DNA of 56,562 bases, from NCBI GenBank assembly GCA_041611735.1, contig JBFIML010000028.1:1-56562 (forward strand), written 5' to 3'. Below the pieces are notes generated by a model. It did no database searches, was not told the DNA's origin, and saw only the letters and a program-made list of their open reading frames with translations. Below, piece by piece: positions 29,950 through 39,598 of this stretch (positions within the stretch are counted from its first letter, which is position 1; each line of letters begins with the position of its first letter). The stretch is from Myxococcota bacterium (lineage in GTDB: Bacteria > Myxococcota_A > UBA9160 > PR03). Both the position numbers and the translations under genes were made by a program.

Positions 29950-30813
29950 ATGGACGTCCGCCGTCTCGAAGGCCGCACCGCGCTCGTGACCGGGGCCGCC
30001 AGCGGCATCGGCCGCGCCAGCGCCCTGGCCTGCGCCCGGCGGGGCGCCGACCTGGCGCTGTGCGACGTGAACGAGGCGGGGCTCGCCGAGACCGAGCAGG
30101 CGGCCCGCGCCCTGGGACGCCGCGTGTGGACCCGGCGGGTGGACGTCTCCGACGCGCACGCCATGCGCGGCTTCGCGGACGACGTGCACCAAGAGGTCGA
30201 GGCCGTGGACCTGCTGGTGAACAACGCGGGGGTGGCGGTGGGCGCGCGCTTCCTGGACACGCCCCTGGAGGACTGGGACTGGCTGGTGCGCATCAACCTG
30301 ATGGGGGTCGTGCACGGCTGCCACTTCTTCGTGCCGGCCATGATCCGGCGCGGCCGCGGCGGACACGTGGTGAACGTGGCCTCGGCCGCGGGTCTGGTGG
30401 CCGCCTCGCCGCTGGCCGCCTACTCGAGCACCAAGTTCGCCGTGGTCGGCCTCTCGGAAGCGCTGCGGGAGGAGCTCGCGCCCCACGGGATCGGCGTCAC
30501 GGCGGTGTGTCCCGGCATCATCGACACGCCCATCACGCGCGCTGTTCGGCTGCGGGGCGAGGCGGCCCGGCCCGAGCGCCGCGAGCGCATGATCGCCCTC
30601 TACGAACGGCGCGCCTATTCGCCCGAGCGGGTGGCCGAGAACCTGCTGCGGGCGGTGCAGCGCAACCGGAGCGTGGCCCCCATCTCGCCCGAGGCCTGGG
30701 TCATGCACTACGGCAAGCGCTTCGCGCCGCGGCTGCTGCGCTGGCTCAACCGCAAGCTGGCCGAGCGGACGTGGGGCGAGACGTCGGCGTCAGGGCCGCC
30801 CGGCACGCGCTGA
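29950..30813 (+). CDS. Short-chain dehydrogenase/reductase
   Basis: TGAASGIG, NNAG, NVASAAG, YSSTK. Confidence 0.95.
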   Translation: MDVRRLEGRTALVTGAASGIGRASALACARRGADLALCDVNEAGLAETEQAARALGRRVWTRRVDVSDAHAMRGFADDVHQEVEAVDLLVNNAGVAVGARFLDTPLEDWDWLVRINLMGVVHGCHFFVPAMIRRGRGGHVVNVASAAGLVAASPLAAYSSTKFAVVGLSEALREELAPHGIGVTAVCPGIIDTPITRAVRLRGEAARPERRERMIALYERRAYSPERVAENLLRAVQRNRSVAPISPEAWVMHYGKRFAPRLLRWLNRKLAERTWGETSASGPPGTR

Positions 30814-31324
30814 GGGACGCCCGGCACCAGCCGGCGTTCTCGGGCTCCTCTCCCGTGAGCAGCCGGATCACGCCCAGGTGGGTCACGATGGCGACGCGGC
30901 GGCCTGGCGGCCGCGTCGCCAGCTCGTCGAGCAGCGCCGCCACCCGCGCCCGCACATCCGCCAGGCGCTCGCCCCCGCCGGGGCGCAGTGCCGGGTCCCC
31001 GCGCCGGAGACGCGCCAGCTGCGCGGGCCAGCGCGACGCGATGGCGGCCCCCGTGAGCCCCGTCCAGGAGCCGAGGTCGCGCTCGCGCAGGCGCGCGTCG
31101 GAAGCGGGCAGGAGACCCAGCCGCTCGCCCAACAGGCGCGCCGTTCCGGCCGCACGCCGCAGATCGCTGGTGCGTAGCGCGGTGAGCTCCGCGTGCACCA
31201 GCCGGGCCGCCAGCTCCCGGGCCTGGGCGCCTCCGCGCGCCGAGAGCGGGGGGTCGCCCTGTCCCTGCCAGCGGCCGGCGGCGTTCCAGGTGCTCTCCGC
31301 GTGGCGGATCAGCCAGAGATCCAC
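30746..31324 (-). CDS. Histidine phosphatase (phosphoglycerate mutase-like)
   Basis: LIRHAESTWN, SDLRRA, LRERDLG, IVTHLG. 3' end overlaps the convergent SDR by 68 bp. Confidence 0.9.
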   Translation of the reverse strand: MDLWLIRHAESTWNAAGRWQGQGDPPLSARGGAQARELAARLVHAELTALRTSDLRRAAGTARLLGERLGLLPASDARLRERDLGSWTGLTGAAIASRWPAQLARLRRGDPALRPGGGERLADVRARVAALLDELATRPPGRRVAIVTHLGVIRLLTGEEPENAGWCRASLSACRAALTPTSRPTSARPACG

Positions 31325-31331
31325 CGGCGCC

Positions 31332-32645
31332 TCAGCGACGCCGGCGGGTCCGCGCTCGGGCCCGGGCCTCGGGCTCCTTCGGGAACGCGCGGCTGATGGC
31401 GAAGATCAGGCGCAGCAGATTGAGCGAGGCCGGGTCCAGGAAGGGCTTGCCGCTCGTCACCAGGGCCACCGCCAGGCCGCGATCCGGATCCGCCCACGAG
31501 AACACGTTGGTCAGGCCCAGATGACCGAAGGCGCGCCCGGTGTCCGGGCCGAACAGGCTCACCAGCCGTCCGCCCAGCATGAAGCCGAGCCCGTAGCGGA
31601 TCGGGACCGCCAGGGTGAGGTCGAAGTCCCAGTAGGTCTGCTCCACGTTGGCCCGGCGCACGGTGCGGCTGTCGAAGACGCGCACGCCCTCGACCTCGCC
31701 CTCCTCGAGCAGGCACTGGTAGAAGGTGCACAGATCCTCGGCATTGGTCACCACATTGGCCGCCGGCACCACGGCGGTGAGGAAGCGCGGATCCTGCGCG
31801 AGCGCCACCGCCTCCTGCAGGGTGGCGCCCAGGGCACGGCGGAAGAGCTGCCCGAAGGGCGGCAAGGGCGGAACCCCGGTCACCGCGTCGCGGGCCACGC
31901 GCGGCACGTCGTCGGGCTTCACTCCGAAGTTCATCCAGCGCAGGCCCAGGGGCTCGAGGATCTCCTTGTGCAGGACGCTGCGGATGTCCTGGCCGGTGGC
32001 CTGGCGCACCACCTCCCCGAGCACGAAGCCACCGGTCACGGCGTGGTAGGCGAGCTTCTGGCCGGGGCGCGAGATCAGCGGAGCCTCCGCCAGGATCTCC
32101 ACGATCTCGTGCGGCCGCTCCAGGAGATCGAGCTTCATCAGGCCGGCGGGGATGTTCGGGATCCCGGCCCGGTGGGCCAGCACGTGGGCGATGGTGATCC
32201 ACTCCTTGCCCCGGCGCCGGAAGGACGGGACGTAGTCGCACACCCGGTCGTCGATGTGGAGCGCCCCCTTCTCGTCGAGCTTGTGCACCACCATGGCGGC
32301 CACGGCCTTGGAGGCCGAGTAGATCCGGAAGGGCGTATCGGTGGTCACCGGGACGCGCTCCGCCCAGGGCGGATCGCCGGGCAGGTTGCCGCTCGCACAG
32401 CCCAGGGCGCGGTTCAGGATCAGGGCGCCACGCCGGCGAATGGCCAGCTGGAGGCCGGGATAGAGCCCGGTCCGGTACAGGGCCCGCGCCGCCTCCCAGA
32501 TGCTCTCGACCGCGCCCCGGGAGCTGCCCACCTCCCGGGGCCGGACTTCCTCGCCCACGGCGGTGATGGCGTCCAGGTCCGCGGGAACCGCGCAGGTGGC
32601 GCGCAGCCAGGTGGGAAGCCGCAACCAGCGTTCCAGGGGGGCCAC
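31332..32645 (-). CDS. Serine hydrolase, beta-lactamase/LipE-like esterase
   Basis: SxxK in YSASK, LAHRAG, AYHAVTGG, FGHLG. GTG 32645 preferred over ATG 32693 because an extended -10 (TGGTACGCT) lies 6 nt upstream. Confidence 0.9.
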   Translation of the reverse strand: MAPLERWLRLPTWLRATCAVPADLDAITAVGEEVRPREVGSSRGAVESIWEAARALYRTGLYPGLQLAIRRRGALILNRALGCASGNLPGDPPWAERVPVTTDTPFRIYSASKAVAAMVVHKLDEKGALHIDDRVCDYVPSFRRRGKEWITIAHVLAHRAGIPNIPAGLMKLDLLERPHEIVEILAEAPLISRPGQKLAYHAVTGGFVLGEVVRQATGQDIRSVLHKEILEPLGLRWMNFGVKPDDVPRVARDAVTGVPPLPPFGQLFRRALGATLQEAVALAQDPRFLTAVVPAANVVTNAEDLCTFYQCLLEEGEVEGVRVFDSRTVRRANVEQTYWDFDLTLAVPIRYGLGFMLGGRLVSLFGPDTGRAFGHLGLTNVFSWADPDRGLAVALVTSGKPFLDPASLNLLRLIFAISRAFPKEPEARARARTRRRR

Positions 32646-32746
32646 GCGAGGAGCGTACCAGCCGCGATCCCGAGGAGCCCGTGTCCACGGCATGATGCTT
32701 CCCCTTCGGCAGGAGAAGGGCGTATCGTGAGCGACGGCAGAGCCCC

Positions 32747-33406
32747 ATGGAAGTCGCTTCCCGCCCGGCCTCCGAAGCGACGCGCCTGGCGCGCGTCCGG
32801 CGCGTCTACCGGGCCTTCGTGTGGATCTACGACCCGTTCCGGCGCCTCTGGAGCCGCCTCACCCGCCGGCTCGAGGGCGAGCTGGACGCCCTGTTCGCCA
32901 GCCGCATCGGACCCGAGACGCGCCTGCTCGAGCTGGCGCCCGGCACCGGCGTCAACCTGGTGCGCCTGCAGCAACGCGCGCCCGGCTTTCGCTCCTACCT
33001 CGGCATCGACGCCAGCCCGCAGATGCTGGCCCGGGCCGAGCTGCGGGCGGGCAACGACGCGCGCGTCGAGCTCCGACTCGGCGACGTGACCGACCTCTCG
33101 GCCGTCCCCGGCCCCTTTGACTTCGTGGTCTCCACCTGGCTGCTCTCCCATCTCGAGCGTCCGGAGGCCACGGTGCGGGCAGCGCTCGAGCGGCTCGCCC
33201 CGGGCGGCACCGCCGCCTTCCTGTTCAGCACGCGCCCGACCTGCGCCGGGCTGCGCCTGCTGCTGTGGCCCTTCTATGGCGCGGCGGCGGCGGGCTTCGT
33301 GGATCCCGAGCCGATCCGTCGCCTGCCGGGTCTCGAGCGGACCGCGACGGCTTTCGGCGGCCTCGCCACCCTGACCGTGTTCCGCAGGCCGCCCGCCCCG
33401 CCTTGA
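32747..33406 (+). CDS. Class I SAM-dependent methyltransferase
   Basis: LLELAPGTG, GIDASPQML, LGDV, FDFVVS, LAPGG. Confidence 0.9.
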   Translation: MEVASRPASEATRLARVRRVYRAFVWIYDPFRRLWSRLTRRLEGELDALFASRIGPETRLLELAPGTGVNLVRLQQRAPGFRSYLGIDASPQMLARAELRAGNDARVELRLGDVTDLSAVPGPFDFVVSTWLLSHLERPEATVRAALERLAPGGTAAFLFSTRPTCAGLRLLLWPFYGAAAAGFVDPEPIRRLPGLERTATAFGGLATLTVFRRPPAPP

Positions 33407-33431
33407 CAGATACCCCCATGGGGTATAGGGT
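33403..33431 (+). promoter_or_regulatory. sigma70 promoter containing a CsoR-type operator
   Basis: TTGACA (33403-8), 17 bp, TAGGGT (33426-31). The palindrome ATACCCC-CAT-GGGGTAT (33410-33426) fills the spacer and resembles G/C-tract CsoR operators. Confidence 0.9.
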
Positions 33432-33437
33432 CGAGGC

Positions 33438-33722
33438 ATGGACGCGGAGGGGAAGCGCCAGGCCCGCGCCCGCCTGCGGCGCATCGCCGGCCAGGTGGCG
33501 GGCATCGAGCGCATGATCGACGAGGACCGCTACTGCGTGGACGTGCTGCTGCAGATCGCGGCGGTGCGGGCGGCTCTGGATCGGGCCGGCAAGCTCGTGC
33601 TCGGCGCCCACGTGGAGACCTGCGTGGCGCAGGCCTTCCGCAGCGGGAGCGCCGAGCAGCGGCGCCGCAAGCGCGACGAGCTGCTGGAGGTCTTTTCCCG
33701 CTTCGCGGACATCGCCCGCTGA
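33438..33722 (+). CDS. csoR: Copper-sensing repressor, CsoR family
   Basis: RLRRIAGQVAGI, Cys-His-Cys ligand pattern (RYCVD...AHVETCV), upstream operator, downstream Cu ATPase. Confidence 0.93.
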   Translation: MDAEGKRQARARLRRIAGQVAGIERMIDEDRYCVDVLLQIAAVRAALDRAGKLVLGAHVETCVAQAFRSGSAEQRRRKRDELLEVFSRFADIAR

Positions 33723-33743
33723 CTCCGAGCACGCCAGGGGCCC

Positions 33744-35924
33744 ATGAGCGAACCCTGCCACGCCTGCGACGATGGACCGGACGGCACCAGCCCGCCGGCC
33801 CCCTCGGGCGCCGTCTCCTACACCTGCCCCATGCACCCGGAGATCGTGCGCGACGCTCCGGGTAGCTGTCCGGTCTGCGGCATGGCCCTCGAGCCACGCA
33901 TCCCCACCGACGAGGAGGGGCTCGGCGAGCTCCGGGACATGACGCGGCGCCTTTGGATTGCGGGGGTACTGAGCGTGCCGCTGCTCGCCATCGCCATGTC
34001 CGACATGATCCCCGGGCGCCCGTTCGAGGACGCCCTGCCGCCAGGCGTTCTCTCCTGGCTGCAGCTCGCTCTCGCGACCCCCGTGGTGCTGTGGGGCGGC
34101 TGGCCCTTCTTCCAGCGCGGCTGGACGTCGCTGCGCACGCGCGCCCTCAACATGTTCACCCTGATCGCCCTGGGGACCGGCGCGGCCTACGTCTACAGCG
34201 TGGTGGCGACCCTGACCCCGGGCCGCTTCCCGGCGTCCTTCCACGTGCGGGAGGGCGAGGTGGGGGTCTACTTCGAGGCGGCAGCGGTGATCGTGACGCT
34301 CGTGCTGCTCGGGCAGGTACTCGAGCTGCGCGCGCGCCACCGCACGGGCGCGGCGATCCGGGCGCTGCTGGGCCTCGCTCCCAAGAGCGCCCGGCGCATC
34401 GGCCCGGACGGCCGGGAGGAGGACGTGCCCCTGGCGCAGGTGCAGCCCGGGGATCGGCTGCGCGTGCGCCCGGGCGAGAAGGTGCCCGTGGACGGCGTCG
34501 TCCTCGAAGGAACCAGCGCCGTGGACGAGTCCATGGTGACCGGCGAGCCGATGCCCGTGACGAAGCGCGCAGGGGATCCGGTGGTGGGGAGCACCGTGAA
34601 CGGCACCGGGTCGATGGTGATCCGGGCCGAGCGCGTGGGCGCGGAGACGCTCCTCGCCCAGATCGTGCAGAGGGTGGCCGAGGCCCAGCGCAGCCGCGCG
34701 CCCATCCAGCGCCTGGCCGACGGGGTCGCCGCCTGGTTCGTGCCTGCCGTGATCGTCGTCGCGGCGCTGACCTTCGTCGTCTGGGGCTGGCTCGGACCCG
34801 AGCCGCGCATGGCCCACGCGCTGGTGAACGCCGTGGCGGTGCTGATCATCGCCTGCCCGTGTGCTCTGGGCCTCGCCACCCCCATGTCCATCATGGTGGC
34901 GACGGGAAAGGGGGCGACCGCGGGCGTGCTGTTCAAGAACGCCGAGGCCATCGAGTCGATGCGCAAGGTGGACACCCTCGTGGTGGACAAGACCGGCACC
35001 CTGACCGAGGGCAAGCCCAAGCTGGTGACCCTCGAGCCCGCCGCGGGGTGGGCCGACGACGAGCTCCTGCGCCTGGCCGCGAGCCTCGAGCGGGCCAGCG
35101 AACACCCGCTGGCCGCAGCCATCGTCGCCGGCGCTCGGGAGCGGGGGGCCTCCCCGGCGCCGGTCGAAGGCTTCGAGTCCCTCACCGGGCGCGGCGTGCG
35201 CGGCCGGGTGGAAGACCGCAGCCTGGCGCTCGGCAACCGCAAGCTGCTGGACGAGCTCGGGATCGAGGTCGGGTCCCTGGCTGCGCGCGCCGAGGCCCTG
35301 CGCGGCGAAGGCCAGACGGTCCTGTTCGCCGCCGTGGACGGGAAGCTCGCCGGCCTCGTGGGCGTCGCCGATCCCATCAAGGAGACGACTCCCGAAGCGA
35401 TCCGGACCCTGCACGCCGAGCGCGTCCGCATCGTGATGGTGACCGGCGACAGCCGCACCACCGCCCAGGCGGTGGCGCGCCGCCTCGGACTCGACGAGGT
35501 GATCGCGGAGGTCCTCCCCGAGCGGAAGCTGGAGGAGGTGAAACGCCTGCAGGCGGAAGGGCGCATCGTGGCCATGGCCGGCGACGGCATCAACGACGCC
35601 CCGGCCCTGGCCCAGGCGCACGTGGGGATCGCCATGGGGACGGGCACCGACGTGGCGATGGAGAGCGCCGACGTGACCCTGGTGAAGGGGGACCTGCGCG
35701 GGATCGTGCGGGCGCGACGTCTCTCGCGCGCGACGCTCCGCAACATCAAGCAGAACCTCTTCTTCGCCTTCGTCTACAACGGGCTGGGCGTCCCCGTCGC
35801 GGCCGGTGCCCTGTACCCGTTCCTCGGGCTGCTACTGAGCCCCATGATCGCCGCCGCGGCCATGAGCGCGAGCTCCGTGTCCGTGGTGGGCAACGCCCTG
35901 CGGCTGCGCCGCGTCGCCCTGTGA
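33744..35924 (+). CDS. copA: Cu(I)-exporting P1B-type ATPase
   Basis: N-terminal YTCPMHP...[34 protein letters not shown] and MSASS motifs. Confidence 0.96.
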   Translation: MSEPCHACDDGPDGTSPPAPSGAVSYTCPMHPEIVRDAPGSCPVCGMALEPRIPTDEEGLGELRDMTRRLWIAGVLSVPLLAIAMSDMIPGRPFEDALPPGVLSWLQLALATPVVLWGGWPFFQRGWTSLRTRALNMFTLIALGTGAAYVYSVVATLTPGRFPASFHVREGEVGVYFEAAAVIVTLVLLGQVLELRARHRTGAAIRALLGLAPKSARRIGPDGREEDVPLAQVQPGDRLRVRPGEKVPVDGVVLEGTSAVDESMVTGEPMPVTKRAGDPVVGSTVNGTGSMVIRAERVGAETLLAQIVQRVAEAQRSRAPIQRLADGVAAWFVPAVIVVAALTFVVWGWLGPEPRMAHALVNAVAVLIIACPCALGLATPMSIMVATGKGATAGVLFKNAEAIESMRKVDTLVVDKTGTLTEGKPKLVTLEPAAGWADDELLRLAASLERASEHPLAAAIVAGARERGASPAPVEGFESLTGRGVRGRVEDRSLALGNRKLLDELGIEVGSLAARAEALRGEGQTVLFAAVDGKLAGLVGVADPIKETTPEAIRTLHAERVRIVMVTGDSRTTAQAVARRLGLDEVIAEVLPERKLEEVKRLQAEGRIVAMAGDGINDAPALAQAHVGIAMGTGTDVAMESADVTLVKGDLRGIVRARRLSRATLRNIKQNLFFAFVYNGLGVPVAAGALYPFLGLLLSPMIAAAAMSASSVSVVGNALRLRRVAL

Positions 35925-36979
35925 GCCGGGCAGAGCGGGAGAGCGGGGAAGCGGCCGTCGGCTTCCGACTGATGACCGCCCACGAAGCCCGCCAGCGCCT
36001 CCGCGAGGACCCCACCCTTCTCGTCCTCGACGTGCGGCGGCGAGCGGCCTTCGAGGAGCGCCCCGAGGCCGTGCCGGGCGCCGTGCCCGTCCTGCTGGAC
36101 GAGGATCCGCTGCGCCTTCCCCGCGAGCCCCCGGAGCGCCCCATGCTGGTCTACTGCCTCTGTCACGGAGAGGCGTCGAGCTCGCGCGTGGCGCGCTGGC
36201 TGGTGGAGCAGGGCCAGCGGGAAGTGGCGGTCCTCCAGGGGGGCGTCGACGCCTGGAAGCAGCGCGGCTACCCGGTGGAGCCGATCCGCCTCGATCGAAG
36301 GCAGCAGCTGGCGTGGCGCGCCCGCTTTGTCGCCGGACCCGGCGCCCGGGCCCCGGGCGAGGACGGCTTCCTCCCGCGCCTGGTGAGTCAACGCCTGCTC
36401 GAGGGGCACGAGCTTCCCCTGCGCCGGACGCTGAGCGTCCTGTTCGTGGACATGGCCGATTCGACGCGCCTGCTCGGCTCCCACTCCACCGAGAACGTGC
36501 TGCGCCTGGTGCAGGCGTTCATGGCCATCGTCGTCGAGGTGGGCGCGCTCCACTGCGGCGACGTGCACGACTTCGAGGGGGACGGCGCCCTGCTCTACTT
36601 CGAGGGCGCCGGCGAGGCGGTCCCGGCGGCCTTCGAGCTGCGCGAGCGCCTGCTGGCGCTGCGACGCACCCTGCCGGAGCTGCCGGTCCCCCGCCTGGCC
36701 CTCGACGAGGGTCCGCTCGTCGTGGGCCTGGTCGGGGGGCGCTTCCGGCGCGCCGTCGCCCTGGTCGGGCCGGCGGTGCCCCGTGCCGCCCGCATCCTGA
36801 AGCTGGCTCCACCCGGCGGGATCATCGTGACCCACGAGGTCCTGGAGCGGGCGCGCGAGACGAGCCCGGACCTGGCGCGCTGCTTCGAGCCCATGCCGGA
36901 GGTTCCCCCGCTGCGAGGGTTCGAGCACGAGACCCTTCTGCTCCACGTGGCGCCGCCGCCCGGGTCCGGCCACCCGTGA
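35921..36979 (+). CDS. Rhodanese domain + class III nucleotide cyclase domain fusion
   Basis: GTGA overlap with copA (alternative ATG 35972). Rhodanese: [30 protein letters not shown]. Cyclase: [36 protein letters not shown]. Confidence 0.85.
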   Translation: MSRAERESGEAAVGFRLMTAHEARQRLREDPTLLVLDVRRRAAFEERPEAVPGAVPVLLDEDPLRLPREPPERPMLVYCLCHGEASSSRVARWLVEQGQREVAVLQGGVDAWKQRGYPVEPIRLDRRQQLAWRARFVAGPGARAPGEDGFLPRLVSQRLLEGHELPLRRTLSVLFVDMADSTRLLGSHSTENVLRLVQAFMAIVVEVGALHCGDVHDFEGDGALLYFEGAGEAVPAAFELRERLLALRRTLPELPVPRLALDEGPLVVGLVGGRFRRAVALVGPAVPRAARILKLAPPGGIIVTHEVLERARETSPDLARCFEPMPEVPPLRGFEHETLLLHVAPPPGSGHP

Positions 36980-37638
36980 GCGGGCCCGCGTCCTCCTACG
37001 TCCCCGCGCTGCGCTTTCACGCGCTGACCCGCTTCTACGACGCGCTGCTCGCCCGCACCCTCAAGGAGGACCGCTTCAAGGGGCTGCTGGTGGAGCAGGT
37101 CGGAGCGCGGGCGGGCTGGCGCATCCTCGATCTCGGCTGCGGCACCGGGACGCTGACCCGACGCCTCAAGCAGGCGGCCCCGGAGGCGCTCGTGGTCGGC
37201 GTGGACGCGGATCCTTGGGTCCTCGACATCGCGCGGCACAAGGCCTCGGCGGCCGGTCTCGAGATCGAGTTCCGTCAGAGCCTCGCCGCCGAGGCGGACT
37301 TCGACGCGCACAGCTTCGATCGCGTGACGGCGAGCCTCTTCTTCCACCACCTGCTGCCGTCGCAGAAGGTCCGCACGCTCGAGCGGGCGTTCGCCTGGCT
37401 CCGGCCGACGGGGGAGCTGCACGTGGCCGATTGGGGCCGCCCCCACGACCTGGCCATGCGGCTCGCCTTCGTGCCGGTTCAGCTCCTGGACGGCTTCGCG
37501 AACACGAGGGATCACGTGCGCGGCCGCTTCGAGACGCTGCTCCGCGAGGTGGGCTTCGAGGCGGTCGCGTGCACCCATCGGGAGCGGACGCTGTTCGGAA
37601 CCCTGGCCCTGTTCCGGGCCGTGCGGCCGGCGCGGTAG
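36976..37638 (+). CDS. Class I SAM-dependent methyltransferase
   Basis: GTGA overlap with the previous gene; YVPALRF..LTRFYD, ILDLGCGTG, SLFFHHL, LHVADWG. Confidence 0.92.
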   Translation: MSGPASSYVPALRFHALTRFYDALLARTLKEDRFKGLLVEQVGARAGWRILDLGCGTGTLTRRLKQAAPEALVVGVDADPWVLDIARHKASAAGLEIEFRQSLAAEADFDAHSFDRVTASLFFHHLLPSQKVRTLERAFAWLRPTGELHVADWGRPHDLAMRLAFVPVQLLDGFANTRDHVRGRFETLLREVGFEAVACTHRERTLFGTLALFRAVRPAR

Positions 37639-37669
37639 GCGGGTCCGGGAGGATCCCCCGTGCCGCGGC

Positions 37670-38353
37670 TCACGGAGCCTGAGCGGCCCCGCTACGCGCC
37701 AGGCGGCGTCGCAGCAGCCAGGCGAGCGGCGCGGCCAGGACGAGGGCGGCCAGCAGCGGCGCCAGGGCGTGTCCCAGCACCAGGTGGCGCAGACCCGCGA
37801 AGGGGCAGGTCGCGTGCACCACCAGGGCGCCCGTGGCCACGGCACCCGCCACGGCGAGGCCCATCACCAGGGGGGGACGCTGGGGTGCGGCTCCGGACAC
37901 GAAGCCGACCAGCGCGGCGGCGGGCGCCAGGCCGACCAGCAGGGCGCCGAGCAGGCAGACGCCGTCGCGCGTCCAGGGCGGCGAGGCGGCGCCCGCCGGG
38001 AGCACCCACAGCAGCGGTCCGGCCACCATGCCCAGCGCCGCAGCGGCGGCCAGCAGGGCGAGACCGAGCCGCTCGACGCCATCGCGACCCGGCACGCTCG
38101 CGCCGAGGGCCGCGAGCGCACCGCCTACCGCCGCCAGCGCGAGTCCACCGAAGAGGGCCGCGAAGCCCGGCGCCGAAGCCAGCAGCCCACCCAGATCCTG
38201 ACGCAGTCCCGAGAGCCCGAGCGCCAGCGCCGCCGCGAGCAAGCCAGCGGCGGCCGCGCCGAGACCCGCCACGCGCAGCCGCGCCACGCGGCGCACCGGA
38301 CGCAGGTCGCGCGCCAGCTCCCGGACCAGGCGCTCGCTGGCCGCTTCGCTCAC
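37670..38353 (-). CDS. NrsF-family (DUF1109) membrane anti-sigma factor
   Basis: GTGA-coupled to the ECF sigma; LVRELARDLRPVRR, about 6 TM, SVPGR, Cys in GVCL and HATCP, APQRP. Confidence 0.85.
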   Translation of the reverse strand: MSEAASERLVRELARDLRPVRRVARLRVAGLGAAAAGLLAAALALGLSGLRQDLGGLLASAPGFAALFGGLALAAVGGALAALGASVPGRDGVERLGLALLAAAAALGMVAGPLLWVLPAGAASPPWTRDGVCLLGALLVGLAPAAALVGFVSGAAPQRPPLVMGLAVAGAVATGALVVHATCPFAGLRHLVLGHALAPLLAALVLAAPLAWLLRRRLARSGAAQAP

Positions 38354-38916
38354 GGCCGGCTCCCTGCCAGCCGCTTGCGCAGGGCCTGGTAGCCCCGGTG
38401 CGCCCGCACCTTCAGGGCCCCGGGCGTGGTCCCCACCCGCAGCGCCGCCTCCGCCACCGAGAGGCCCTCCAGGTGCAACAGCTCCACGGCCTCCCGCTGG
38501 CGGGGGGGCAGCTCCGCCAGGGCCCGGGCCAGGTCCGGGGACAGCGCCTGGCGCTCCAGCTCGGCCCCGAGGTCGGGGGCCACGAGCTCGACCTCCTCCA
38601 GGCCGATCTCCGGCCCGCGCCGCGCCCGCGCCCGGACGAGGTCGATCACCGCATGGCGTGCGATGGCGCGCCACCAGGGGCCGAAGGGTCGCTCGGGCCG
38701 GAAGGTGTGACGGGAGCGGTGGATGGAGAGCAGCGTGGTCTGCACGACGTCCTCCGCAGCCGGTCCGGCCAGCCGGCCGCGAACGAACGCCCGGAGTACC
38801 GGCAGGAGGTCGCGCAGCAGCCGTTCGTAGGCCCGGGCATCGCCCTCCTGGGCCGCCGCCATCCAGGCGCGCCAGCGCTCGTCGCGCTGGCTCTCCCCGG
38901 GTGTTCGCTCGCTCAT
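38350..38916 (-). CDS. ECF sigma factor, SigF/EcfF (NrsF-associated) type
   Basis: MAAAQEGDARAYERLL, AEDVVQTTLLSIHRSRHTF, ALKVRAHRGY; adjacent NrsF. Confidence 0.92.
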   Translation of the reverse strand: MSERTPGESQRDERWRAWMAAAQEGDARAYERLLRDLLPVLRAFVRGRLAGPAAEDVVQTTLLSIHRSRHTFRPERPFGPWWRAIARHAVIDLVRARARRGPEIGLEEVELVAPDLGAELERQALSPDLARALAELPPRQREAVELLHLEGLSVAEAALRVGTTPGALKVRAHRGYQALRKRLAGSRP

Positions 38917-38976
38917 ACGTGGCAACGGCCCCTCCGGTTACGCCCTCCAGCGTAACCGCCCGGCCCGTTCAGCGTA
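38916..38976. promoter_or_regulatory. Back-to-back ECF-type promoters GTAACC-N15/16-CGTA
   Basis: Plus strand: GTAACC 38952-57, N15, CGTA 38973-76. Minus strand: GTAACC 38941-36, N16, CGTA 38919-16. Together they form the inverted repeat CGGTTACGC-N6-GCGTAACCG. Confidence 0.7.
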
Positions 38977-39006
38977 GTGCAGAGGCGAGCAAGAAGGAGC
39001 CCACCC

Positions 39007-39597
39007 ATGTGGAACCGGGGGCAAGATGCAGACGGCAGGTCCGTGGGGCGGCGGTCGTCGCAAGCCGAGGCCCGCGCCCTACCCTGTCACGACCGGGAGC
39101 AGCTCGGCGCCCTGCTCCTGACCCTGGAGCCGCGCCTGACCGCCGTGGCCCTGCGCCTCACGCGCGATCCGGACATCGCCCGCGACGTGGTCCAGAGCGC
39201 CTTCGAGAAGGTGGTGCGGCACTGCAGGCGCTTTCGGGGCGGCTCCAAGGTCTCCACCTGGATGCATCGCATCGTGGCCAACGAAGCGCTCATGTGGCTG
39301 CGCAGGGAGCGACGCCGCACGGATCGGACCGCTGCCGTCGCGGACTGGGCGGAGACCTCGATCGCCGATCCGTTGCCCAGCGCCCCGGAGCTGCTGGAGC
39401 GCGCTCGCGCCAGCCAGCAGGTGCGGCGCGGGCTGGACGCCCTGCGTCCGGAAGAGCGTGAGATCCTCGAGCGCTGTACGCTGGAAGGGGAGAGCTATCT
39501 GCAGCTCAGCGCCGAGACCGGGATCCGTCCCGCCGCGCTCAAGAGCCGTGCCTTTCGGGCTCGCCGCCACCTCGGCGAGATCCTGGCGGAGGGCTGA
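39007..39597 (+). CDS. ECF sigma factor
   Basis: SD AAGGAG; ARDVVQSAF, FRGGSKVSTWMHRIVANEAL (region 2), ALKSRAFRAR (region 4). Confidence 0.9.
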   Translation: MWNRGQDADGRSVGRRSSQAEARALPCHDREQLGALLLTLEPRLTAVALRLTRDPDIARDVVQSAFEKVVRHCRRFRGGSKVSTWMHRIVANEALMWLRRERRRTDRTAAVADWAETSIADPLPSAPELLERARASQQVRRGLDALRPEEREILERCTLEGESYLQLSAETGIRPAALKSRAFRARRHLGEILAEG

Positions 39598-39598
39598 C

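Noticed and set aside
35921-36979. Pycsar or CBASS-type anti-phage system
   Set aside because: No cNMP-binding, TIR or TM effector gene is adjacent, and the context is copper homeostasis.
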